Assembly: GCA_964016885.1 (NCBI GenBank)
Contig: OZ024740.1
Location: 289,106,001 to 289,170,000 of the forward strand
Length of the DNA: 64,000 nucleotides
Reading direction: 5' to 3'
DNA from: Eledone cirrhosa
Taxonomy: Eukaryota
Of this stretch, positions 1 to 12,470 are shown in pieces. The notes under the pieces are model-generated. The model did not search any database. It was given only the letters and a program-made list of their open reading frames with translations, and was not told the DNA's origin. A program made the translations under genes and the position numbers. Positions within the stretch are counted from its first letter, which is position 1, and every line of letters begins with the position of its first letter.

Positions 1-186
1 GAGATTTGACTGCTATTTCTAGCTGGTCAAGCACCCTTTTATGGGTTCTCATGCTAGCTTGAGGGCTAATATTATTGTAGATTTATCTAACCCATGAAGA
101 AAATTGATTTGTAACATGTTGATGATGGTGACGGTGACGACAATGATTCTGATGATTACAATGATGATGATAATTGTCTGTTTCAG

Positions 187-278
187 GGAAATGTATTACA
201 TAACCTAGGGAATGACCGAATGGCTGAGAAAGTACTCCGTGAGGCAGTAAATGCTGACACTAAGTCACATCAATCTTG
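187..278 (+). CDS. TTC7B: TTC7-family tetratricopeptide repeat protein, penultimate coding exon
   Basis: tttcAG acceptor at 185-186 and GTatgt donor at 279. Translates GNVLHNLGNDRMAEKVLREAVNADTKSHQS(W), matching the last TPR of TTC7A/B. The phase-2 end joins the exon at 17155 to rebuild Trp (TG|G). Confidence 0.88.
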
Positions 279-283
279 GTATG

Positions 284-642
284 TTTCTCTTCATTTTCTT
301 CATATAATGCCACACTAAAGTACCACTGCTTTAACACTCCAATTGATCTTTCTCTTCTTTTCCCATAATGCCACACTAAAATACCACTGCTTTAACACTC
401 CAATTGATCTTTCTCTTCTTTTCCCATAATGCCACACTAAAATACCACTGCTTTAACACTCCAATTGATCTTTCTCTTCTTTTCCCATAATGCCACACTA
501 AAATACCACTGTCTTAACGCTCCAACTGATCTTTCTCTTCCCTTCCCATAATGTCACACTAAAGTACCACTGTCTTAACACTCCAACCGATCTTTCTCTT
601 CTCTTTTCTTTCCATAAGGCCAATCTAAAATACCACTGCCTT
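284..642. repeat. 61-bp minisatellite, about 5.5 copies
   Basis: ATAATGCCACACTAAAATACCACTG... recurs at 304, 365, 426, 487 and 548, with a degenerate copy at 614. Confidence 0.95.
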
Positions 643-999
643 TGCCCTCTGATTGATATTTTTGTTCATATTGTCAATCTAATAATGAAACATTTTATTA
701 AATTTTGTCTGAATTTCTGTGATGACACCATTATACTAAACAGATTGATTCAGACTAGTGTCCTCATCTTATTGATAACTATAGAATATAGGGTACAATG
801 GCTGAGATGTTGTGACTATAACAACCAAGATGAGCACATTAGTCTGAATGAATCAGTTTATAATGGGAATTTATTATTATATTGGTCCAAAGTCACAAAT
901 TTGTAGGAAAAGGACATATCAAAATGAATTAGTCCAGTTCATTTTATAGACAGAAGTAAGATGGGATTTGAACCCAGAGGATAAAATGTCACTGTGTGG

Positions 1000-1483
1000 A
1001 AGAAGTTCTGGGACTGAGTTGTGTGCTAATGAGAAGAAGAGTGTCACTGAAATTGAAAGGAAAATATGTGTGAGAAGTGGCAGGATTTATAGAAGCAAGA
1101 CATAAATGATGAACATGTAACAGCAGAGTAAGCTGGGAAGAATGGAAACGAGAATGGTCCAGTGAATGAGTGGTGTATCGTTCACAGAGAGAAAGACAAA
1201 CAATGAATTGTAAAGGATGATGGAAATAAAGCCAGTGATAACTTTTGAGAAATAGTATGAGATTGTTTGGTCATGTTGAGGAATGATGAAAGTGACTGGG
1301 TGAGAGGAGTGATGGAAATGAATGTGGAAAGAAGTAGAGGAAGAGGAAGAGGAAGAAAGACATGGCTAAAGATGATGGAGAAGGAAATGGAAGCCAGAGG
1401 TTTTGTGAGTGGGGATGCAGATGGGAACCAACAAAGCTAACCTCTGCTTTAGCTGGGAAAATGGCCTTAAAATGCTTGTTGTT
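1000..1483 (+). mobile_element. Decayed RTE-type LINE 3' end
   Basis: Residual coding motifs RLFGHV..., DWVRGVMEMNVExSRGRGRGRKTW, followed by an RTE-like tail. Confidence 0.6.
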
Positions 1484-1829
1484 GGTTCAAAGCCATACAT
1501 TTTTAGGAAAGAGACCATACTAACTCAGCATTATCACAAATATCATTATCATCATCATCATCATTATCCATCCGTTTTCCTTGTTAGCATAGGTTGGATG
1601 GGTTGTCATGGTCCAAGTCAATTTTAGTTTGGAGTTACTCCTCTCATGGATGAATTGAGGGACCACATCATGTTTGTGTTTTCCAATTTTGGCATGGTTT
1701 CTGTACCCTTCCTAACACCAACCCCTTTATAGAGTGTACTGGGTGCATTTTATCATGGCACCTGCTATAGAGAGGCTGTCATACTCTACACAAGACTAAA
1801 AGTCCTCTCTATTCTACCTTGTCTTCATT

Positions 1830-2238
1830 GGTGGATTGGCAGTATCAGTAGAGGGTTGGACGCCATGCTTTGCAGCATAGAGTTACGCCCCTTTATGATC
1901 TGAGTTCAAATCCCGCCGAGGTTAACTTTGCCTTTCATCCTTATGGGGTCGATAAAATAAAGTACCAGTAATACACTGGGTAATTGCTGGCCTTGTGCCA
2001 AAAGTAGAAACAATTATTATTTTCAACATCAGGGCGTGGATTGGCAGTATCAGTAGAGGGTTGGACGCCATGCTTTGCAGCAAAGAATTACGGCCCTTTG
2101 TGGTCTGAGTTCAAATCCTGCCGAGGTTAACTTTGCCTTTCATCTTTATGGGGTCGATAAAATAAAGTACCAGTAATACACTGGGATAATTGCTGGCCTT
2201 GGGCCAAAAGTAGAAACAATTATTATTTTCAACATCAT
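1830..2238 (+). mobile_element. Two tandem copies of tRNA-derived SINE family A (~200 bp each)
   Basis: A-box-like TGGCAGTATCAGTAG, B-box-like GAGTTCAAATCCC, central CTTTGCCTTTCATCCTTATGGGGTCGATAAAATAAAGTACCAG block and an (ATT)n tail. More than 10 related copies occur in the window. Confidence 0.85.
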
Positions 2239-2281
2239 TATCATCACCACCACCATCATCATCAGCATTATTATTATTATT

Positions 2282-4970
2282 GTTCTTTGAGTCTCAGTCA
2301 TTGATGTTATTTAACTGGAAAGTTTGTTGAAATAAATATCAAGCCACTACCAGCAGCCTCAGATATTCAGGACGTATCGGAGGGTTCTTGCTGTTCCCAG
2401 CAAGCATGCCTTTTGAAGTGTTCCAAAAAGCGGGGCGGGACCAATTTTCTTTAACCATCCATGGAAACTCTTTGAGATAGTACCTAGTGCGCCTATGACA
2501 ATTGGGACCACTTTGACCTCATGGCAGTTCCAAATCCTTTTTACCTCCTACTTCAAGTCCTGGTATCGGTTAATTTTCTCCCTCTCCTTCTCTTGCACTC
2601 TTGTGTCGAATGGGCAGGCTACATCCACAATCCGGCACAATTTTTCCCTTGTCCAAAACCACCAGGTCAGGTCTATTGTGTTTCAGTTTCTTGTCCGTCT
2701 GTATCCTAAAATCCCATAGCACCTTCACCTGATAGTTTTCCATCACCGACTCTGGCTTATGCTCATACCACTTCTCAGAATGTGGTAAATTGTTTACTTT
2801 GCATAGGTGCCAGTGGATCACCCTGCCCATCACATCATGTCTCCAGCCCTTATAGTGAGTCTGGGCTAGGTGCTTACACTTGGATACAATGTGAGCCACA
2901 GTCTCCTCTCTCTCTCCACAGATCCTACACAGTGGGCTAGCCTCCTCCTTGTAAATATGGTGTTTCAGTCACTTTGTTTTGAGGGCCTGCTCTTGCGCAG
3001 CCATTAGCATTCCTTCTGTAGCCTTTTTAAGGTTTCCTCTTTTCAACCAGTTCCATGTCTGTGGATCCCTAAATTCAGTTTTCTCAAAGAAGGCACTATG
3101 AAGGGATTTTTCATGAAGGTTGCTCTTTCTCCTTGTTGTTATTTCCTCCTTGGACATCCCCTAGTCTATTGTCCTCTCCTTCAGTACAATTCTGAGCATT
3201 GGCTCCCTACTATCAATCACGTATTTGTGCAGGTTGTTTTTCTCTATCTGAACACAGTCCTCTATGCTGATAAGACCTCTTCCACCTTCAGATCTCCTTA
3301 AGTAGAGTCTATCGACATCACTCTTTTTGTGGAACATGTTGTAGATAGTCAATAGCTTCCTAGTCTTCCTATCCATTTCTTTTTGTTCAGCAACATTCCA
3401 TCTCAGAATTCCCGCACTGTACCTAATAATAGACACAGCTCGGGAATTTACTGCACTTATGGCATTCCTACTGTTCAGATGTGACTTTAATACGCTCCTT
3501 ACTCTCTGAATGTATTCAGATCTTATCAATTCCTTCATTTTTTTGTTCTTGATGTCATCAGCCTCCAGAACATCTAAATACTTGTATCCCTCTTCAGTAT
3601 CAATTTCCTTTATCATCTCACCGTTGCTTCTGCTCAATTTACCCCTCTTCATCACAAGGACTCCACACTTACTAATACCAAACTGCATACATATATCATT
3701 GCTGAAAATACGGATGGTGTCAACAAGCACATCCAACTCCTTCTCACTCTTCCCGAAGAGCTTAAGATCGTCCATGAAGAGGAGGTGATTGATGGTAAGC
3801 TCTCCCTTTCCCAACTTGTATCCTGCTCTCACTTTTCGCAGTACAATGGTCAGGGGGATCAGGGCAAGGACAAACAACAGAGAGGACAAACTATCTCCCT
3901 GGAAGATACCTCTCTTGATCTTCATGCCTCCCAAGGATTCTCCACCCGATGTTAATTCTGTTTCCCAGGACCTCATACTCTTGCCCAGCAACTGTCTGAT
4001 GTTATCTGCCACCTTGAAGATCTCCAGGCTTTTGGTGATCCAAGAATGAGGCACCATGTCAAATGCCTTTCTGTAGTCTATCCATCCCATGGCAAGATCA
4101 GTGTGTCTCCTCCTGCAATTCCCCATTACCATCTTATCAATAAGTAACTGGTCCTTTGTACCACGTGACTTCTTTCGGCATCCTTTCTGTTCATCCGGTA
4201 ACAAGTTGTTTATGTGGAGGTGATGGTAGATTTCCTCAGACACAATGCTTGTTAACAGTTTCCACATTACGGACAGACATGTGATAGGTCTATAGTTGGT
4301 AACATCATTACCCTTGATTCGGTCTTTCATTATCAGAACTGTGGTACCTTTTGTCAACCACTCTGGTACCTCACCTGACATCAAGCAGTCATTGAACATG
4401 GTTGTCAGTTTCGGGTGGAGGGATTTTATATTTTTAATCCAATACTCCTGCACACCATCTGGGCCTGGTGATTTCCAGTTGGTTAGTTTTCTGGCCTGCC
4501 CCTTAAGAGTTTCAACTGTGATACTCAAATCAGTTTGTTGGTGTGCCTGTTCACTAATCTCCTTTTGTACTGTCTTAATCCACACTGCCTGGTCATTATG
4601 TTCAACATCCTGCTCCCATATTCCTCTCCAGAATGTCTTAGTTTGTTCCGCCTCAGCGATCAAGTCGTTGCCTCTTTCTTTCCCTTCAAGCTGCCCAAAC
4701 AACATCTTCTGGTTGTTGTCAAACATGCGGTTCTGTCTATACTGACTGACTCTGCTCTCATATCGCCTAATCTTTGCGCTCTTTGCTACAATGCGTTGCT
4801 TCAGCACCTCCATGATAATATTTAGCTTTTTCCTCCTAGTTTTGTACTTTATTTCCAGTCTAATTTTAGTGTCTATGTTTTGTAGTGTCCCATTCAGTAG
4901 GGACTCAAGCTTTCCAATGTCATTTCTCATTTCCCTGATTTGACCATTCAGTCGTTTCTTCCACCAAGGT
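2282..4970 (-). mobile_element. Dong/R4-clade non-LTR retrotransposon (RT + CCHC + restriction-like endonuclease), 5'-truncated and disrupted
   Basis: ORF 3161-4930 has RT motifs (NYRPITCL, DYRKAFD, GIFQGDSLS, FMDD). Downstream frames give CRICG...HIVSKC, RHD and RPDLVV (PD..D/ExK type). In-frame stops and a frameshift are present, and (TTA)n lies on both flanks. Confidence 0.92.
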
Positions 4971-5258
4971 TTATTATTATTATTATTATTGTTGTTGTTG
5001 TTTTTATAATTTTATTTGTAATTTGTAAGATACATCAAGAGGTTCTTTACTTACAATACAAAGAATTAGGTATATCTTAAAAAACATGCATTGTTGCATA
5101 ATATATGCAGACAGTAGATGCTGTATGCTCTCTTGCAGCATTAAGTGTGGCTGAAACTTGAGTACAGGTATAGATTTATGGTACCCATTTCGCTGAGATG
5201 CAACCAGTACTAGCAGGGAAACTTATACTAGTCTCATCAACTTCTTACATATATATAT

Positions 5259-7338
5259 ATGGAGAATAAATGGGAGAAAGACAGTCTCCCCCATATCGAC
5301 CCGATAGAGGGACCAGCAGTGTTAGTCGAGGGGAGTATAATAAGTAAGGCAATCAAGGATATGAAGACTGGTAAGGCGGCTGGGCCTTCGGAAATAGTTG
5401 CTGAGATGCTGAAGGCATCTGGCACGGTGGGACACACCATGGTCACCCGCATAGTTAACCAAGTCGTACAGAATGGGGTTGTTCCGAAGGACTGGCATAG
5501 CAGCATCATCGTTAACTGTTATAAGGGTAAAGGAGACGCCCTAGATAGGAGTAACTATAGAGGCATTAAATTAATCGACCAGGTCATGAAGGTCACGGAA
5601 AAAGTAATAGCGCAACTAATCAGAGAGAGAATTGATCTAGATGAAATGCAGTTCGGGTTTGTGTCAGGCAAAAGCACCACAGACGCTCTTTTCATAGTAC
5701 GACAACTACAGGAGAAGTACCTAGCTAAAGGTAAACCCCTCTACTTAGCTTTTGTCGACCTGGAGAAAGCCTTCGACAGAGTCCCCCGCTCCATTATCTG
5801 GTGGGCTCTTAGAAAACTAGGCGTTGACGAATGGCTTGTGAGGGCTATACAAGCCATGTATAAAGAAACAGTCAGCAAGGTTAGAATTAACAACGAATAT
5901 AGTGAAGAGTTTAGCGTAAAAGTTGGCGTCCATCAGGGCTCTGTTCTCAGCCCCCTACTATTTATTATTGCCCTTCAGGCTATAACAGAGGAGTTCAAGA
6001 CAGGCTGCCCATGGGAACTCCTATACGCAGACGACCTGACACTCATAGCGGAATCAATGGCCGAGCTAGAGAAGAAATTCCAAACATGGAAGCACGGCCT
6101 AGAGTCAAAAGGACTTAAAATTAACCTGGCTAAGACCAAAGTTCTAGTTTGTAGGAAAGAAAACAAGGCGGCGGTCCCTTCTGGGAAATGGTCGTGCTCG
6201 GTATGTAGGAAAGGCGTAGGTAGAAACTCCATCTTATGTCCTAAATGCAAAGTATGGGTGCATAAAAGATGTAGTGGGATCACAGGTAAGCTAACTAAGA
6301 ACATAGACTTTACATGTGGCCGGTGTTCTGGTGCAATAAGTAGCAGCAAGTGCCCACAAAATACTAGCTCTTTCAATTGCGCAGAGGGTTCTATAGAAAT
6401 AGTGGACAGCTTCCGTTACCTGGGCGATAAAATCAGCAGTGGGGGAGGGTGCTCTGAAAGTACTGTAGCTAGAGTCAGAACTGGTTGGAAAAATTCAGAG
6501 AGCTTATACCACTATTAGCTGCTAAAGGGTTCTCCCTAAAAATGAAAGGCAGGTTGTACGATGCCTGCATACGAACAGCAATGTTGCATGGTAGTGAGAC
6601 CTGGGCATTGTGTGCAGAGGATATACGCAGACTAGAGAGGAACGAAGCTTGCATGCTCCGCTGGATGTGTAACAGTAATATACGTGAACGGCAAAGCATA
6701 AACGAACTAAGGAAAAAATTAGAGATAAGAGGGATCAGATGTTGTTTACTCGAGAGAAGGCTGCGTTGGTATGGACACGTGATGCGCATGAAAGTCGATA
6801 GCTGTATTACAAAGTGCAGGGCAATAAAGATAGACGGTAGCCACGGAATAGGCAGACCTAGAAAAACATGGGATGAGCTGATAAACTCCGACCTCACACA
6901 CTTACACCTCTCCAAGACAATGTCACTGGACCGTGACCTTTGGCGGTACTCAGTAACAGAGAAGACCCGCCTTGCCAGTAGGCATCTCTAACAAACTACA
7001 CCCCGTCCCGCCACCACCCACACCCCATCCACACCACCCCGTTCTATGTAAAGTTATGTTGGTGCCGCGCCATCCAGGCCGAAACAAATGAGATCGTGTA
7101 GGTGTCACGACAAAAAAACACACAGTCCACGCTGTAATGTGGCCGTGTAGGCAACACGGTAAAAACCTCCCAGACCCACACTGTAAATGTGGTTGGTGTT
7201 AGGAAGGGCATCCAACTGTAGAAAACCTGCCAGACAGTCCTATGCGAGCAAGACAATCACTCTTGCCTCAAGTGGGACTACCCCCGTCCAAACCCATGCA
7301 AGCGTGGAACACGGACGTTAAACGTTGATGATGATGAT
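5259..7338 (+). mobile_element. RTE-clade LINE, 5'-truncated, one frameshift near 6490
   Basis: ORFs 5259-6518 and 6485-6991 contain DLEKAFD, GVHQGSVLSP, YADD, RRLRWYGHV and GRPRKTW. The 3' UTR ends in (GAT)n. Confidence 0.93.
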
Positions 7339-7344
7339 ACACAT

Positions 7345-7586
7345 TCAAAAAGCACCCAGTCCATACTGTAAAGTGGTTGTGTAGGAGACATAGTAAAAAG
7401 GCTCCCAGTCCACACTGTAAATGTGGTTGATGTTAGGAAGGGCATCCAGCCATATAAAACCTGCCAGAGACAGTTCTGTACGAGCGAGACACAGTCTCCC
7501 AAACAATCCTGCATCAAATAGAACAAAACGCGTCTAACCCATGCTAGCGTGGAAGATGGACGTTAAACGATGATGATGATGATGAT
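7345..7586 (+). mobile_element. Second copy of the RTE-type 3' module (SINE-like)
   Basis: Repeats GTGGTTGxTGTTAGGAAGGGCATCCA...AACCCATGCTAGCGTGGAA...GGACGTTAAACGATGATGAT, as in 7100-7338. Confidence 0.75.
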
Positions 7587-9549
7587 TCAAGTTTAACAAA
7601 TAGTGCTTGAGAATGCCCTAACATTATCTACAAATCCTAGTGTTTCTGGAACATGCTTATGCTTATCTTCATAGGTAATATGCCACTGTCTTCAAGAAAG
7701 TGCTTTTGTATTATTCCTGTTGTAAAATATTCAAATGGGATGATGGACTCATTTCTTAACTGTCACAATGTTTTTAACTCTTCTGTTACCATATTTCTAA
7801 TGATGTACTCTATATTTCAATTAAATAATGAAGAATTTAGAGGGATTAAAATTATTAATTATTTCATTATCAAGATATAAAGTATTTGTAATGAATGGTT
7901 CTTAGATAAAATTATGAAAATTTTAATTTAGATAAGAACCCTTTAAAGTAGATGGCTTTGTTTCCTAGAATCAGGGCTGATTTTAGCTGAGTTGCCATTG
8001 AAAGCATTAATCCACTAGATAACAATATTTACAGTGCAAAGTATAGTTATTTTCTGAAATGTTCCATAGCTAATTTGCCAATCTCTGTGGAAATAGTTGT
8101 ACACCATTGCTATTGTACAAATTACAAATGGGATGATGAATACATTTCTTTAGTGCCGTATAGTCATTAATTCAATAACTAATTCAGTGTAATTCCTTAT
8201 CTTCTCAGCTTGTTTTTTCACAACATTATAGTTATTTGGTATTGATATGTCTATCGTGTTTTTTGTTCAGGAAAATAATGGCAAGCTTATTATGTAATAT
8301 TTACTAATCTTGGTATGGTTTCTATATCCCTCCTAACATCAGCTACTTTATAGAGTGTACTGAGTGCATTTTATCATGGCACCAACTCTATAGAAGCTCT
8401 CATGCCATTGACAAGATTAAAGAGTCCTGTCTATTCTACCTTATTATTATCATTATTGTTGGATTTTTGCATTGGCTAATAGGAGTACCATGAAACTTTA
8501 TCATTATTATTACCATTATTACTAGGTTCTTGGATTTGCTTCTGCTATATTCCTGGCAATAATATCTGTTAATTAATTTTCAGACCGTTTTTCTCTACCA
8601 GAATGCAAATGTAGACAATGCAAATAAGAAATCTTAACTGTCTTAACTCCTTGTACAAGTTGCCACCACTGTAGAGTACATGTCTACTCTTTCTTTTAGC
8701 TGTTCCAGCCTACTGGCTGAGGCCATGCTGGGGCACCACAATGTGCAGATTATTAATTCAGAATTACATCTTTCCTAGATTGGTTGCTTTCACTACTGCT
8801 TGTGGAGTTCCCATTCAGAATTTGATTGAGTTACTGTTCTTCTAATTAATAAATAAATAATTATTGTTTCAGTATAAATTTATGATATTGCTATTTACCA
8901 CAAATATGTAAATAGAGAAATAATCCAACATAATGTAATTATATTGAAATGTATTACTTTTAATTAGTAGTCCCGACTGTTCTCATAAGAAACATTTGGG
9001 TGGATTTTTTAATTATTATTTTATTATTATTATTGCTTAGACAGAAGAGGAAGGGCAATGCTCATGACTCTTTCCAAAGCCTCTGCAACTGGTGGGAAGA
9101 AGTTAACTTCGTATAAGAGACCTGCCTGAATGATTGCAAAAGTGCATTCTACCTCAGGCATTCAAGAGTCAAGTGATGGTCTTAAACTGGTTGTCAGATT
9201 AAGCCTACTTACCACCTTTTTACAAATCCAGTGGCCTATATGAATCTTGCTAACATCATAAGAACTGTTAGGTTGGCTATATATTAAATGTCTTATCACA
9301 ATGCTTGACTTTATGTCTACAGAATTGATCTGTATGACTGCTCTTCAGTGGTACACACCAAACCACACCAGTCAGATAACTTCTAGAAACAAATGCATAT
9401 ACAAAATGTATGTACAAAAAAGAAATAATTGATTAGAACAGGTTTATTATTTATAATAAAAGTTAAACCTGCACTGGATAAGCAAAACAGCACTGATTAA
9501 ACTTTACATAGATAAACATATGGGTGTGTGTAAATGTAAATAATGTGTG

Positions 9550-9592
<43 letters not shown>

Positions 9593-9830
9593 TATCACAT
9601 CACTGTAAACAAATTATAATATTAGACCTTACACATGTATTGAGTCCTTTATTCAATCAATATTCATTGTTTTTATGTATTTAAAGTCTAATCTTTAACT
9701 TTATATATGTGTGTGTGTGAGTGTGTGTGAATCCCGGGTTCATTTGGGATAACTACAGTAAATGAAGTACTCAATACATAAGTAAAGTATATACAAAATT
9801 TGATATAGAAAATCTTATTAAATTTTATAT

Positions 9831-10340
9831 ATCATCATCATCATTTTAACATCAGCTTCCCCTGCTAGCAAGGGTTGGGTGGGACTACATAGACCATGTC
9901 AGTACTACTGAGTGCACAGGAGAGGTTGCCATGTCTTTGTCAAAACTACAGGTCCTCCCAACCCATTGTTTGGCTAGCTTTCTATGGCTGGATGCCCTTT
10001 CTATCACCAACCACTTTACAGCATGTACTCGGTGTGTTTATTGTGGTGAGTGTTGTGTATTGGTGTTTTTTAAGGTTGGTCTTCACAACCTCATCCCATG
10101 TCTTCTTGGGTCTGCCTCTTCCATAGGTCGCTGCCACAGGTGTTTCTCTGCATTTCTTTATGCAACTGTTTACTTCCATGTGCAACACACATTCACACCA
10201 ACACAGTCTTCTCTCTAGCACACTCATCCAATTCCTCTTATGCCAAGTTTTTCTCTCAGTTTGCTTATGCTATGTTGCTCATGAACACTAACATCACACA
10301 TCCATCGATCCTGAACACTTCACGCCTCTGATCTTCACAA
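9831..10340 (-). mobile_element. RTE LINE 3' fragment
   Basis: Minus-strand translation ERRLCW...GRGRPKKTWDEVV, the same 3' module and a (GAT)n tail. Confidence 0.75.
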
Positions 10341-11689
10341 TGCAGAACAAGTGCAAACTTCTTCTTTTCTGCCTCTTGCTAAATATACTTGGGACCTGGC
10401 CTCCCTTCTCGCTATCTGGTATTGCTTTCTATCTCCTCCCTTCCTCCATTTTCTTCAAGCTTGTCGTTTTGTTTTAATGGCTCTTTCTACCTTGTCATTC
10501 ACCACCATGTCACTGTCTGTCTTGGTGGGAGCTTGCTCCAGCCATAAACCTGGCTTGTGGCTTCCAGCAAGTTGTCCCATAGAAATTCCCAATTTTTCTT
10601 TATGTTATATATCCCTAACTCCTTTTCCTTACTGTCATCATCATTTTACGTCAGCTTTTCCATGCTTGTAGGGAAAAAGTCAAAAAAGGATTTCTCTAAT
10701 TTGTTACCTCCAGAGGGTTCTGTCAGCTTCCATGCCTTCCACTGTAACTTGGTTCGTGTTAGGGAGGGCATCCAGCCATAGAAACAAAGCCAAAATACAG
10801 ATCGACATGAATATGATGTGGTCTCCGGATTTCGAAAGAACATGTACATTTTACTGTTGTCTCCCAGCTAAATACCACTCTGCATCTATCTCACACACAA
10901 TTTTCCACCCTCTCAGCCTTTCTGTAATCCCACTACACCTCTTGTATATTCATACTTGACATTGAGTATACTGTATGGAATTCAAACCCATTTCTTTTAT
11001 GCATATTGAGCATAGTCATATAAATCCTTTCATTTTTCTATGCTACTATGCTGCCCAATTCTTTTTAGTTCAGTCAAATAGATATTGATGATGATGGTGA
11101 TGGTGGTGCCAGTGGTTGCTGTTGTTGATGACGATGTTGATGAGGATGTTAATTATGATATTGATGATGATGAGGGGGATATAATATTATAACATATGCA
11201 ATATCAATAATAATTTCATGACATTTTCACATAAGTGTTTTTCATTGTATCTGATCAAACAAAAAGAACTCTGGAATCAGAAACTGATAGATTAACTGTT
11301 AATTTTACATCACTCCTTTATTTACTTATCCATCAACTCTTCACAGTTGCTTATTAACACTTTTGATATCAAACCACTGTGGTTCTATGGCCAAAGATGA
11401 TTGTTTTAAAGTTTAATAATAGGGAAAATTATTTAAAACCTTAAGCAGTGTTATTCATTAGAAATAAAGTAATGACAGTGTTAAAAGAGTGCTCATTCAC
11501 ATGAATTGCACTTTATTATACTATCATTTTCACCACCACCACTGTCATCATCATGTCGTCATTATCATCATCATCATTATTATTTGAGGCCTGACTTGTG
11601 TGGGGTGGGGGTGGGGGGAATTAACAAATATTATTGTTAGGAATGTGGCACATGCAATTCAAAGACTCAAACTTTGGTAACATGATACA

Positions 11690-12470
11690 AGATGTCTGAA
11701 TTGGTAGAGGATTGGAGAAAATACCTTGTGGTGTTTACTCTGTACATCCTGGTTTGAAGTCCAGTCAGGATTAACAGTACATAGCAGTCAATACTGTGGT
11801 CAATATAATTGATTATATTCTTCCCCTAAAATTTGTTGTCTTGTATCAGTGTTAGAAATTATTATTATTAATGCATCATGCTATTTAGTTATGGCTCTTT
11901 ACATTAGAATTTTGAATCCCACTTTCATACATCTGGGGATGATAAAATGAAGTATCAGTCAAATAATGGGATTGATCTAATCAACTTCCCCCTCCTCTCA
12001 AATTGCTAGCCTTGTGCCTAAATCAGTGTAGTAGGGTTGAGTGTTGGATAAATTGCTTTGTGGTGTTTAGTTATGACTTTCTACATTCTGAGTTCAACTC
12101 CCACCGAGGTTAGCTTTACCTTTCATCCTTATGGGGGTCGATGAAATAAAGCACCAGTAACGTACTGGGCTCAATTTAATCGACTTTCCCTTTCCCCCCA
12201 AATTGTTGGCCTTGTGCCTGAAGTAGAAACAGTTATTATTATTAGAGTGGTGGATTGGCAGATTCGTTATAGCATTGGACAAATGCTTAGCAGTATTTCT
12301 TCTGGTTCTTTATGTTCTGAGTTCAAATCATGATGAGGTCAACCATGCCTTTCATCCTTCCAATGTCGATAAAATAAAGTACTAATCTAGCACTGGGATT
12401 AATATAATCGATTTTTCTCTTCTCCTAAATTGCTGGCCTTGTGCCAATGTTAGAAAGAATTAATATTACA
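11690..12470 (+). mobile_element. Cluster of about 4 diverged SINE family A copies
   Basis: Repeated GAGTTCAA...CCTTTCATCC...GTCGATAAAAT...TTGCTGGCCTTGTGCC blocks. Confidence 0.7.

Noticed and set aside
1830-1920. tRNA genes
   Set aside because: The A/B-box-like motifs belong to SINE heads and no full cloverleaf is present.
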